Below are positions 35,978 through 44,636 of a DNA stretch of 50,826 bases, piece after piece. Positions within the stretch are counted from its first letter, which is position 1. Each line of letters opens with the position of its first letter. Source of the DNA: Pseudomonadota bacterium (GTDB lineage Bacteria > Pseudomonadota > Gammaproteobacteria > JAKAQQ01); contig DAHVLZ010000017.1 in assembly GCA_027320085.1 (NCBI GenBank), positions 1-50,826 of the forward strand. The letters are read 5' to 3'. The translations under genes were made by a program, and so were the position numbers. The notes beneath the pieces are model-generated. The model saw only the letters and a program-made list of their open reading frames with translations. It had not been told where the DNA came from and did not search any database.

Positions 35978-37225
35978 TCAGCGATACGCCTTGAACACCA
36001 GGGTGCCGTTGGTCCCGCCGAAGCCGAACGAGTTCGACAGGACGACGTCCAGGCGGGCCGGCCTGGACTCGTTGGGCACATAGTCCAGGGTGCATCCCTC
36101 ACCCGGATGGTCCAGATTGAACGTCGCCGGGACGACCTGGTCACGCAGCGCGAGCAGACAGAAAATGGCCTCGATGGCTCCAGCTGCCCCGAGCAGGTGT
36201 CCGGTCACCGATTTGGTGGAACTCACAACGACGCGCCGCACATCCGCCCCCCAGACCGCCTCAATCGCCCGGGATTCGGCGAGGTCACCCACCACGGTCG
36301 AGGTCCCATGGGCATTGATGTAGTCGACCTGAGATGGTGCCACGCCCGCATCCTTGAGGGCGAGCCGCATGCAGAGCGCCGCCCCCGCCCCATCCTCGGG
36401 CGGGGCGGTAATATGGAAGGCATCGGCACTGGCGCCGAAGCCGATGAGTTCCCCCCAGATCTGGGCACCGCGGGCACGCGCATGGTCCAAGGATTCCAGA
36501 ACCAGGATGGCCGCCCCGTCCGACAGGACGAAGCCATCGCGTTCCTGGTCCCACGGCCGGCTGGACCGGCCGGGATCCTCATTCCGGGTGGACAAGGCCC
36601 GCGCCGCGCAAAAGCCGGCCACCCCCCCCGGCGAGATGGCCATCTCGGCACCGCCCGCAAGCATCACATCGGCATCGCCCCGTTCGATGATCCGGGCCGC
36701 ATAACCGATACAGTGGGTTCCCGTGGTACAGGCCGTGGCCAGTCCCAGATTGGGGCCCCTCAGCTGATAGAGGATCGACAGATGTCCGGCCACCATGTTG
36801 ATGATGGAACTCGGAACAAAAAACGGTGAAACCTTTTTGGGTCCGTTGTAATCCCGGACCAGATCACGGATCTTCTCGATGCTGAGGATTCCCCCGATCC
36901 CGGCACCGACGATCACACCGCGCCGTTCGGACGCCTCACCCTCAACCGCTTCCAGTCCCGCCGACTCGAAGGCGAGCCGTCCCGCCGCCACCCCATACTG
37001 CATGAAGAGATCCATTTTCCGGGCCTCTTTCGGAACCAGATAGCGGTTGGGATCGAAATCCTTGACCTCGCCGGCAAAACGGGTGGGATAACCCGAGGCA
37101 TCGAAATGCGTGATGGCGGAAAAGCCATGACGTCCCTCAAGGACGTTCTTCCATGCCGTCTCCACATCCAAACCGACCGGCGAGATCAGGCCCGCGCCCG
37201 TGACCACGACCCGCGAGCCAGTCAC
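35978..37225 (-). CDS. fabF: 3-oxoacyl-ACP synthase II
   Basis: TACTTG (Cys), NAHGTST, GHLLGAAG, SNSFGFGGTN. Confidence 0.97.
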   Translation of the reverse strand: MTGSRVVVTGAGLISPVGLDVETAWKNVLEGRHGFSAITHFDASGYPTRFAGEVKDFDPNRYLVPKEARKMDLFMQYGVAAGRLAFESAGLEAVEGEASERRGVIVGAGIGGILSIEKIRDLVRDYNGPKKVSPFFVPSSIINMVAGHLSILYQLRGPNLGLATACTTGTHCIGYAARIIERGDADVMLAGGAEMAISPGGVAGFCAARALSTRNEDPGRSSRPWDQERDGFVLSDGAAILVLESLDHARARGAQIWGELIGFGASADAFHITAPPEDGAGAALCMRLALKDAGVAPSQVDYINAHGTSTVVGDLAESRAIEAVWGADVRRVVVSSTKSVTGHLLGAAGAIEAIFCLLALRDQVVPATFNLDHPGEGCTLDYVPNESRPARLDVVLSNSFGFGGTNGTLVFKAYR

Positions 37226-37301
37226 GGTCCGACCCCCTTTTCAAGAGTCTGGCCCGCCACCCGCCATCCGCCTCCGGACGGTCTGGATTCCCCTCCCCTG
37301 T

Positions 37302-37544
37302 TCAATGGGTTTCGGTATGGGCCTTGATGTAATCCACGGCCTGCTGGACGGTCGTGATCTTCTCGGCCTCTTCGTCCGGAATCTCGCATTCGAACTCCTC
37401 TTCCAGGGCCATCACCAGTTCCACATTGTCCAGCGAATCGGCACCCAGATCGTCGACGAATGAGGCCTCAGGCTTGACCTGCTCTTCCTTGACGCCCAGC
37501 TGCTCCACGATAATTTTCTTGACTCGCTCTTCGATATTGCTCAT
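37302..37544 (-). CDS. acpP: Acyl carrier protein
   Basis: [36 protein letters not shown]. Confidence 0.98.
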   Translation of the reverse strand: MSNIEERVKKIIVEQLGVKEEQVKPEASFVDDLGADSLDNVELVMALEEEFECEIPDEEAEKITTVQQAVDYIKAHTETH

Positions 37545-37677
37545 GTGTCTCGAGTCCCCATCAGGTTGGCAAAAATGACGCCACGGCGCCGGAACGGCAA
37601 TTGTAGCCAAAAAAAATCCCTGCTCGGCAACTCAGTGATGAAGTCCATAAGATTCATGACCTTTGCCATGAAAGTGT

Positions 37678-38427
37678 TCACGACATGTACATGCCGCCAT
37701 TGACCTGAAGGGTCTCTCCGGTGATGTACCCGGCCCCCGGCGAGGCCAAAAAGCCGACACAAGCAGCCACATCCTCGGGGGTCCCGAGCCGTCTCAGGGG
37801 GATCCGCTCCGTGAGCCGCTCCCGCTGTTGCGGATTGAGCACCCGGGTCATATCGGTCTCGATGAAGCCCGGGGCCACGGCGTTGACTGTAATCCCCCGT
37901 GAACCCACTTCCTGGGCCAGGGAGCGCGTAAGTCCGAGCAGGCCCCCTTTCGCTGCCGCGTAGTTGACCTGGCCGGGATTGCCGGACAGGGCCACCACGG
38001 AGGCCATGTTGATGATGCGGCCCCACCGCTCCTTGAGCATGGTGCGGAGGCAGATCCGGGTGAGTCGGAAGACGGCGGTGAGATCAACCTCGAGCACCGC
38101 CTGCCAGGCCTCCTCGCCCATCCGGAGCATGAGATCGTCGCGGGCGATCCCCGCGTTGTTGACCAAGACCCGGACCGGTCCGAAGCGGGCCTCGAATCCC
38201 CGCACGCCCTCCTCCATCGTCGAGACGTCGGTCCGGCCGAGATCGAGCATCCAGCCGGTTCCGGTCCAGCCGTGGCGGGACAACAGTTCGCCGACACGCA
38301 CAGCCCCGGCCTCGGTCGTTGCCGTCCCGACCACCGTAAAACCGTCGGTCCCCAAGCGTTCGAGGACCGCCTGGCCAATCCCCCGGCTGGCGCCGGTGAC
38401 CAAAGCAAAACCTGACTCCCCGTTCAT
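37678..38427 (-). CDS. fabG: 3-oxoacyl-ACP reductase
   Basis: TGASRGIG, NNAGI.RD.L, GQ.NYAAAK, PGFIETDMT, VNGGMYM. Confidence 0.97.
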   Translation of the reverse strand: MNGESGFALVTGASRGIGQAVLERLGTDGFTVVGTATTEAGAVRVGELLSRHGWTGTGWMLDLGRTDVSTMEEGVRGFEARFGPVRVLVNNAGIARDDLMLRMGEEAWQAVLEVDLTAVFRLTRICLRTMLKERWGRIINMASVVALSGNPGQVNYAAAKGGLLGLTRSLAQEVGSRGITVNAVAPGFIETDMTRVLNPQQRERLTERIPLRRLGTPEDVAACVGFLASPGAGYITGETLQVNGGMYMS

Positions 38428-38437
38428 GGATCTCCCC

Positions 38438-39367
38438 TCAGCGGATTTCGGCATATTGAAGGATGGTCTCGCGATCCTCAAGGCTCCGGTGCTCGAGCTC
38501 GGGGGCAATGCGCCGGTCGAGACCAAGAAGGATCCGCCCCGGTCCGCATTCCACGATGCGGGAAACCCCGTACCGGTCGCGCAGATGCTGGATCGTTTCC
38601 GTCCAGCGCACGGGACTTGCGAGCTGGGCCACCAGAGCTTCGCGGATGGAGGGGGGATCGGGATGCGCCGCGAGATCGGCGTTGTGTACCACCGGCAGGA
38701 CCGGTGGCTTGAAATCGATCTGGGCCAGTTCGTGAGCGTAGGCGCGGGATGCCGTCTTCATGAGCGAACTGTGGGCCGGCACGCTCACCGGAAGAAGGAG
38801 GGCCCTTTTCGCGCCGGCGGCCCGGGCAGCGGCCATGGCCTCTTCCACGGCTGCCCGCTCGCCCGCGATCACGATCTGGCCGGGGCAGTTGTAGTTGACC
38901 GGCTCGACGATCCCACCGGTCACGGTCCGGCAGACCGCCTCGAGGGCTTCGTCATCCAATCCGAGAATGGCCGCCATGGCACCGGCTCCCGGGGCCACCG
39001 CCTCCTGCATGAGCCGGGCACGCACCACGACCAGACGGGCCAGGGCCGGCAGCTCGAGCACCCCGGCCGCATAGAGTGCCGGATATTCTCCCAAGCTGTG
39101 CCCGGCCACCACCCCCGGCAGGAGCCCCCCCCGGGCGCGCTGGATGGCATAAAAGGCAACATCCGCCGCAAGCATGAGTGGCTGGGTCACCGTCGTGGAA
39201 TCCAGGTCCTCGGCCGGTCCCTCGACCGCGAGACGTCTGAGATCACGGCCGACCTCCCGGGATACCGTCTCGAAAACTTCCACCAGGATGGGATCCTGGG
39301 CCAGGTCGGCCAGCATGCCGATCTTCTGTGAACCCTGCCCGGGGAAAACCATGGCAGTCTGGCTCAT
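38438..39367 (-). CDS. fabD: Malonyl-CoA:ACP transacylase
   Basis: FPGQGSQ, AGHSLGEY, NYNCPGQIV, VSVPAHS, ECGPG. Confidence 0.97.
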   Translation of the reverse strand: MSQTAMVFPGQGSQKIGMLADLAQDPILVEVFETVSREVGRDLRRLAVEGPAEDLDSTTVTQPLMLAADVAFYAIQRARGGLLPGVVAGHSLGEYPALYAAGVLELPALARLVVVRARLMQEAVAPGAGAMAAILGLDDEALEAVCRTVTGGIVEPVNYNCPGQIVIAGERAAVEEAMAAARAAGAKRALLLPVSVPAHSSLMKTASRAYAHELAQIDFKPPVLPVVHNADLAAHPDPPSIREALVAQLASPVRWTETIQHLRDRYGVSRIVECGPGRILLGLDRRIAPELEHRSLEDRETILQYAEIR

Positions 39368-40056
39368 GATCGGTCTCCAAGCGATGCGGAGGGGCCGCAA
39401 ACCATCCCCGGGATCCGCCGGCGGGCCTTTCGGCGGTCGGTTGCGATCCACAGGAAGCCGAGAAGAGTCCCGGCGATCGCGCCATACAGGTGGGCGATGG
39501 TGAGAATGGGGCCGCCAATGGCCCAGTGCGAAGTCGGCAACGGTCCGAACAGCCTTTCGTAGGTGAGCTTGAGGACCAGGAAGGCCAAAAGCCAGCGGCC
39601 GCCCCACTCACGACGGTAGACCGCGAGGAGCGCCCCGGCCGCCCAGTAGGTATGGAGGACGCCGGAGATGCCGTCGAACCAGAAAACCCCCGGCGAAAAT
39701 AGAAAAACACCTCCTCCGACCGCCACCGCCCCGACGGCCGTCGCGATCCAGAAGCGCCGCACGCCGAGGATCGCTCCAAAAAGCAACCACAGGAGCACGA
39801 ACCCGGACAGATCGAGCCCGAGATGCGCCCAGCTCGAATGGATGAAGTTCGCCGTGACGAGCCGCCACCATGCTCCACCCATCACCTTGGCCCGGTCATA
39901 GCGGAGCGCATGCCGCCACGCGGAGCCGCCGAGTTGGAGACAGGCGCAAACCAGGACGATCACGAGGGCCGGCCAAGCCTCCCGGATGGCCTGCCTGAGC
40001 CACGCGCGGAGATGAGCGGGGGGGGGACGGGACTTGGGTGCGGGAGAGGAAACCAT
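39364..40056 (-). CDS. rrtA: Rhombosortase (GlyGly-CTERM-processing rhomboid protease)
   Basis: LRYDR....G.WWRL.T..F.H..W.HL, GISGVLH (Ser), KL.YE..FG, AHLYG (His); about 6 TM segments. The YDR, SGVLH and KL.YE motifs fit the rhombosortase subfamily. Confidence 0.85.
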   Translation of the reverse strand: MVSSPAPKSRPPPAHLRAWLRQAIREAWPALVIVLVCACLQLGGSAWRHALRYDRAKVMGGAWWRLVTANFIHSSWAHLGLDLSGFVLLWLLFGAILGVRRFWIATAVGAVAVGGGVFLFSPGVFWFDGISGVLHTYWAAGALLAVYRREWGGRWLLAFLVLKLTYERLFGPLPTSHWAIGGPILTIAHLYGAIAGTLLGFLWIATDRRKARRRIPGMVCGPSASLGDRS

Positions 40057-40195
40057 GCCAGGCCTGTTCCAACTAGTGCTATGATGAGGGTCGTGCCCCC
40101 GCGTCCAGGCGCGGTTCTTGCGAACGCTTGCCGGAGGCGGGTTTTTCGCGTGTCGTTTTCGCGAGTCGCTCCAGGAACTAGTGTAACCGATCCCC

Positions 40196-40666
40196 ATGGC
40201 CACCCGATCTCTCACCCGACGACTGGACCGGATCTCCGGGGCCCGATCCCGTCCGGAGAACGGATTCACGCTGATTGAAATCATGGTCGTGGTCGTGATC
40301 CTGGCCATTCTCGCGACCATCATCGTGCCCAACGTGATCAACAAGCCCGAAGAGGCCCGGATCACCAAGGCCAAGGCCGACATCCGCTCCATCGTGGCCG
40401 CCCTCGAGATGTACAAGCTCGACAACTACGTGTACCCGACTACGGGCCAGGGACTCAAGGCCCTCGTCGTCAAGCCGACCTCCGGACCGACTCCTCACCA
40501 CTGGCATCACTACCTGGACCAGGTTCCGATCGATCCGTGGGGACACCCGTACAAATACCTCTACCCCGGGGTCCACGGGACCTTCGATGTCTGGACTGAC
40601 GGCCCTCCCGGGACAGGCGGCCATCACCGGGTGATCGGCAACTGGAACCTCGACCGGTCCCGATGA
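40196..40666 (+). CDS. gspG: T2SS major pseudopilin
   Basis: GFTLIEIMVVVVI, AL.MYKLDN..YPTT.QGL.ALV.KP, P.DPWG.PY.Y..PG.HG, IGNW. Confidence 0.96.
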   Translation: MATRSLTRRLDRISGARSRPENGFTLIEIMVVVVILAILATIIVPNVINKPEEARITKAKADIRSIVAALEMYKLDNYVYPTTGQGLKALVVKPTSGPTPHHWHHYLDQVPIDPWGHPYKYLYPGVHGTFDVWTDGPPGTGGHHRVIGNWNLDRSR

Positions 40667-41253
40667 TCCGGCATCGGGCGCCGGGGGAGCGCGGATTCAC
40701 CCTGATCGAGATCCTGGTCGTCCTGCTCATCGTGGGCATCCTGACCGGTATCGCGATTCTTTCACTCAGCGCACTGGGCCAAGCCTCGCAACGCGAACAG
40801 GCGGCGCGCCGACTGGCCGGCCTCATCGAACTGGCTTCCCAGCAGGCCGTGATCCAGGGCGAGACCTACGGGCTGTGCCTGGAAACCCACCGCTACTGGT
40901 TCCTCCGGGACGAGCACGGACAGTGGGTACATTTCGCTCACGGTTCGATCTATCACCGGCGGCGCCTGCCCCGGGCCCTCACGATCAGTCTGGATTTGAC
41001 CGGAACCCGTCTCCACCTACCCACCCGGCGACCGGTCCGCAAGACTCCGGTCCGGCACAAAACCCGGTCCCAGGCTCCAGTCAGCCACCTGAGGCCCGCC
41101 CACCGGCCACCGGATATCCTGATCCTGCCGAACGGCCAGCTCAGCGCTTTCGAGATCAGCATCTCGGCCCATGGCCACCGGCGGCCGTTCCGCATCCGGG
41201 GCACGGCCACGGGGAAGCTCTCGCTGATCCCGCCCCACCGCAGCTCGTCATGA
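40663..41253 (+). CDS. gspH: T2SS minor pseudopilin H
   Basis: GFTLIEILVV, A.RLA..I.LA.QQA...G..YG, PDILILPNGQLSAF. Confidence 0.9.
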   Translation: MIRHRAPGERGFTLIEILVVLLIVGILTGIAILSLSALGQASQREQAARRLAGLIELASQQAVIQGETYGLCLETHRYWFLRDEHGQWVHFAHGSIYHRRRLPRALTISLDLTGTRLHLPTRRPVRKTPVRHKTRSQAPVSHLRPAHRPPDILILPNGQLSAFEISISAHGHRRPFRIRGTATGKLSLIPPHRSSS

Positions 41254-41256
41254 AGG

Positions 41257-41757
41257 ATGGCCGGACAACGCGCATTCACGCTGCTTGAAGTCCTGATTGC
41301 CCTCGCCATCGTCGGCATCGGACTGCTTGCCCTGCTCGGCACCTCGATCGAAAACACACGCGTGGCGCATGCGCTCGAGGCCCGCACCCTGGCCGGATAT
41401 GTGGCAGCCAACGAGATCGAAGAGCTGCGTCTCGCCCCCACCTGGCCAAGCCTGGGCCGGAGTACCGGCCACACCCGCCTCGGAGGAATCCGCTGGCAGT
41501 GGACGCTCCATGCCTACCACACGGCGGCTCCCGGAATCCTCCGGGTCCGGGTCGGCATCCGGCCGGCCGGCAGCCACTCGGGTGCACTCGTCACCCTGAC
41601 CGGCTTTCTCGGCCGTTCGCTGCTCAACCAACCAAGCCCACTCAGCAGCACCGCCCCACCCCCGGGAGTCATGCCCAACCCGATCGGACCGGGACTGCCC
41701 GGTCCCCCGCTCCCGGGTGGTCCTCTGAGCCCGGGTGGCGCAGTACCGGGCGCCTGA
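41257..41757 (+). CDS. gspI: T2SS minor pseudopilin I (Pro-rich C-terminal tail)
   Basis: AFTLLEVLIALAIV, LE.RTLA.YVA.N.I.E, W.W, RV.V. Confidence 0.9.
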   Translation: MAGQRAFTLLEVLIALAIVGIGLLALLGTSIENTRVAHALEARTLAGYVAANEIEELRLAPTWPSLGRSTGHTRLGGIRWQWTLHAYHTAAPGILRVRVGIRPAGSHSGALVTLTGFLGRSLLNQPSPLSSTAPPPGVMPNPIGPGLPGPPLPGGPLSPGGAVPGA

Positions 41758-41761
41758 ACCC

Positions 41762-42367
41762 ATGGAACGCTCGCCCGGCTTCACCCTGATCGAGATCCTG
41801 GTCGCCACCGCGATCCTCGCTCTTTTGGCCATCATGGCCTATGGATCGCTCGACACCATCATCCGGGAGCGGGCCGTCACCCGTCACCGGGGACACGAGC
41901 TCCAAGCCCTCCAGATGACCATGCTGCTCATGAGCCAGGATCTTGCGCAAGCCGCCCCCCGCCCGATCCGCGCCGCAAGCGGGATCCTCAAGCCGGCCCT
42001 GCATGGCGGGCGGGGTGAACCCGGCCCGCTTTTGGTCCTCACGCGCAATGGTGATGCCAACCCGGCCGGAGCCCACCGATCCGACCTCGAGCGGGTGGGA
42101 TACGGACTGGTTGGCCACCACCTCGTCCGCTTCACCTGGCCGGTCCTCGACCGGGCCATGCCGACCCCTCCCCGAAAAGACACCCTCCTCCACGGCATCC
42201 GTTCCTTCCGCGTCCGCTTCCTCGGTCCGGCGGGTCACTGGCACCACCACTGGCCTCCGCTCGATCAGCCCATGGCGAGCGAACTCACCCACCGCCCGCT
42301 CGCCGTCGAGATCCGGCTTCGGACCCGGGCCTGGGGCCGGATCCAGCGCATTTTCGAACTGCCATGA
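41762..42367 (+). CDS. gspJ: T2SS minor pseudopilin J
   Basis: GFTLIEILVA, DL.QA.PRPIR, NP....RSDL.RVGY, L.R..WPVLDR, W...WP, PLAVE, WG.I.R.F. Confidence 0.92.
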   Translation: MERSPGFTLIEILVATAILALLAIMAYGSLDTIIRERAVTRHRGHELQALQMTMLLMSQDLAQAAPRPIRAASGILKPALHGGRGEPGPLLVLTRNGDANPAGAHRSDLERVGYGLVGHHLVRFTWPVLDRAMPTPPRKDTLLHGIRSFRVRFLGPAGHWHHHWPPLDQPMASELTHRPLAVEIRLRTRAWGRIQRIFELP

Positions 42368-43278
42368 AACGGATCTCGCAACGGGGCGTCGCCATCCTGA
42401 TTGCCCTTGTGGTCATCGCCCTCGCGGCCGGCATCGCCGGCCGCATGATCTGGGATCGCAACCTGGAGCTGCACCGGACCGAAAACCTGCTCCGTTTTCA
42501 GCAGAGCTATGAGTACGCTTTGGGTGCCGAATCCTGGATCGACAGCCTGATGCACGAGGAGCTCGGCACCGGGCCCACGGTCAGTCTCACCCAGACCTGG
42601 GCCCAAAGGCTCCCCCCCTTCCCGATCCCGCATGGTGCCATCGCCGGACAAATCACCGACCTTCAGGGACTTTTCAACATCAACAATCTCGCGGCCCAGG
42701 GAGGAGGAGTCAACCCCAGCCAGCTTGGGGTTTTCGAACGCCTCCTGGCCGAACTCCGCATCGATCCGGAAGTCGCCCAGGCCGTGGCCAGCTGGGTCGC
42801 GAGCACACCCGGTGGATCCCCCCCCGCCCTGGACAGCACCTATGCCGCGGAAGACCCGCCCTACCGGGCGCCCATGATCCCCATGGCCAGCACCACCGAG
42901 TTGCGCCTGATTGCCGGTCTCAGCTTCGCGCAGTACCAGAGCCTGCGACTCTGGGTCGTCGCCTTGCCGGTCCCCACGGCGCTCAATGTCAATACCGCCC
43001 CGCTTGAGGTCCTGGATGCCCTGGTGCCCGGCGTCACGAGCACGGCGCTCGCGGCGATTCTCAAGCAGCAGCGCACGGGCGGGTTCAACAGCACGGCCGA
43101 GTTCGAGGGGCTCTTGGGACAGACGGTCACGGTTCCGGTCGGGACTGACAGCAGTTTCTTCAGGCTCCGCCTGGACATTCATTTCGCCGGAAGCCGCTTC
43201 CATCTGAGCAGCCTGCTGTACCGCGAGCCGAGCGGTTTTTTCCGGGTCTACACCCAGACTTTGGGTGCCGGGAGCTAA
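42364..43278 (+). CDS. gspK: T2SS minor pseudopilin K
   Basis: QRGVAILIAL (no Glu5), ALGAE.W, ITDLQG.FNINNL, PPY, EL..I.G, LNVNTAP. Confidence 0.92.
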   Translation: MKRISQRGVAILIALVVIALAAGIAGRMIWDRNLELHRTENLLRFQQSYEYALGAESWIDSLMHEELGTGPTVSLTQTWAQRLPPFPIPHGAIAGQITDLQGLFNINNLAAQGGGVNPSQLGVFERLLAELRIDPEVAQAVASWVASTPGGSPPALDSTYAAEDPPYRAPMIPMASTTELRLIAGLSFAQYQSLRLWVVALPVPTALNVNTAPLEVLDALVPGVTSTALAAILKQQRTGGFNSTAEFEGLLGQTVTVPVGTDSSFFRLRLDIHFAGSRFHLSSLLYREPSGFFRVYTQTLGAGS

Positions 43279-43415
43279 CACTCCGACCCGGATCTCCCGC
43301 GCCCGATGGGCAAAGTGGGTGAGATCAGGTATCATCCTCTGACCGGGGATGAAAAGTCCGCAACCGATTCGCGGCCCCTCCCCGATCACGTCATGGATCC
43401 CGCAGCGAGCCCGAG

Positions 43416-44636
43416 ATGGTGGAACAGATCCTGATCCGACTAGAACAGGACGCAACTGCTGCGGATTGGTGGGTCCTCGACACCCAGGGACACCGGCGCG
43501 GCGGCATCGGTCACGCGCCCCTTGTAGAGATCACACGCCATGCCACCTCGCGCCGCGTGGTGGTGGCCATACCCGGCCGCGAGGTCACGCTCACCCAGAT
43601 CCGCCTGCCTCCCCGGTCCCGGCGGCAATGGGCGGAAGCCATTCCCTTCGCGCTCGAGGAACAGGTCGCGGGCGATCTCGACACCCTCCATTTCGCCTCC
43701 GGGAATCCGAACCCCAAAGGCGAGATTCCGGTCGCCATCATCGAGCGCGCGAGCCTTGAGCGGTGGCTTGGGATCCTGCTCGAGGCCGGCCTGCATCCCG
43801 ACCAGCTCTGGCCGGACCTCTTCCTCCTCCCCGCCCCGCGCCTTTCCTGGAACATTGCCCGCAGCACCGACCTCCTGATTCGCGGGCCGGGTTTTCAGGG
43901 TTGCGCGGTGGCGGAGAATCTCGCGCCGGCAATCCTGAAACGAATCCACCGCGACCTCCCGGAAACGGTCCGGCCCCATGAAATCCTGTTCTGGGGGGAT
44001 CCCACGGATCCGGCCGTCCCCCTCCTCGAGACCCTCGCGGCCGACTTGGGCTGCGAGTGGAGGATGTGCGATGGCTTTTGGTACGAAGAGGCCACCCGTG
44101 CTCCCGTCCAGGGCCTCAATCTCCTGCAGGGCACCTTTGCGCCCGGCCATCAGCGGCGGGCCCGCTGGGCCCGCTGGAAACCGGTTGCCCAGCTCGCAGC
44201 CCTCGTCCTCGCCGTGGCACTCGCCCTCCTCATCACCGAGCGTGTCCATCTCGCATCTTCCGCCCAGGCATGGAAAACACGGGTTCACCGGATTTTCCAC
44301 AAGCTCCTGCCCGGCCAGCCATACGTCTCCCCGCGGGCACAGATCGAACAGGCGCTACGGGAGCGGTCTTCGGGGCCGGTCGGGACGCTTCGTTTCCTGA
44401 CCTTCCTGACCCGCCTCTCGAAGAACCGCCCGGCCACGATCCATCTCCTGTCGATGAGCTACAGCACCCGGGCGATCAAGCTTCACTTCACCGCACCCAG
44501 CCTGGCTGCGGCCCGGATTTTCGAGCAATCGGTCCTCCACAAGGGACACTGGCTCCGCCAGCACCAGAAGGTGGTGAACCTTCCGGGCGGAGTCGGAATC
44601 CAGGTCGCCTACCGACCGGGACGGTCGTCACCATGA
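43416..44636 (+). CDS. gspL: T2SS inner-membrane platform protein L
   Basis: AIPFALEEQVA.D...LHFA, W...L.EAGL.P....PD..LLP, NLLQG.F, one TM segment, PRAQ. Confidence 0.92.
   Translation: MVEQILIRLEQDATAADWWVLDTQGHRRGGIGHAPLVEITRHATSRRVVVAIPGREVTLTQIRLPPRSRRQWAEAIPFALEEQVAGDLDTLHFASGNPNPKGEIPVAIIERASLERWLGILLEAGLHPDQLWPDLFLLPAPRLSWNIARSTDLLIRGPGFQGCAVAENLAPAILKRIHRDLPETVRPHEILFWGDPTDPAVPLLETLAADLGCEWRMCDGFWYEEATRAPVQGLNLLQGTFAPGHQRRARWARWKPVAQLAALVLAVALALLITERVHLASSAQAWKTRVHRIFHKLLPGQPYVSPRAQIEQALRERSSGPVGTLRFLTFLTRLSKNRPATIHLLSMSYSTRAIKLHFTAPSLAAARIFEQSVLHKGHWLRQHQKVVNLPGGVGIQVAYRPGRSSP

Noticed and set aside
37600-37630. A8 tract in a putative acpP promoter spacer as a phase-variation switch
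   Set aside because: A TACAAT -10 is plausible, but the candidate -35 is 19 nt away and acpP is essential; support is insufficient.
39364-40425. Long N-terminal extensions in the ORF track (rhomboid 353 aa, era 419 aa, fabD 389 aa, rseB 377 aa, gspM 360 aa)
   Set aside because: Artefacts of choosing the longest start; the extensions overlap neighbouring genes, and better starts exist at stop/start overlaps or next to the conserved N-termini.
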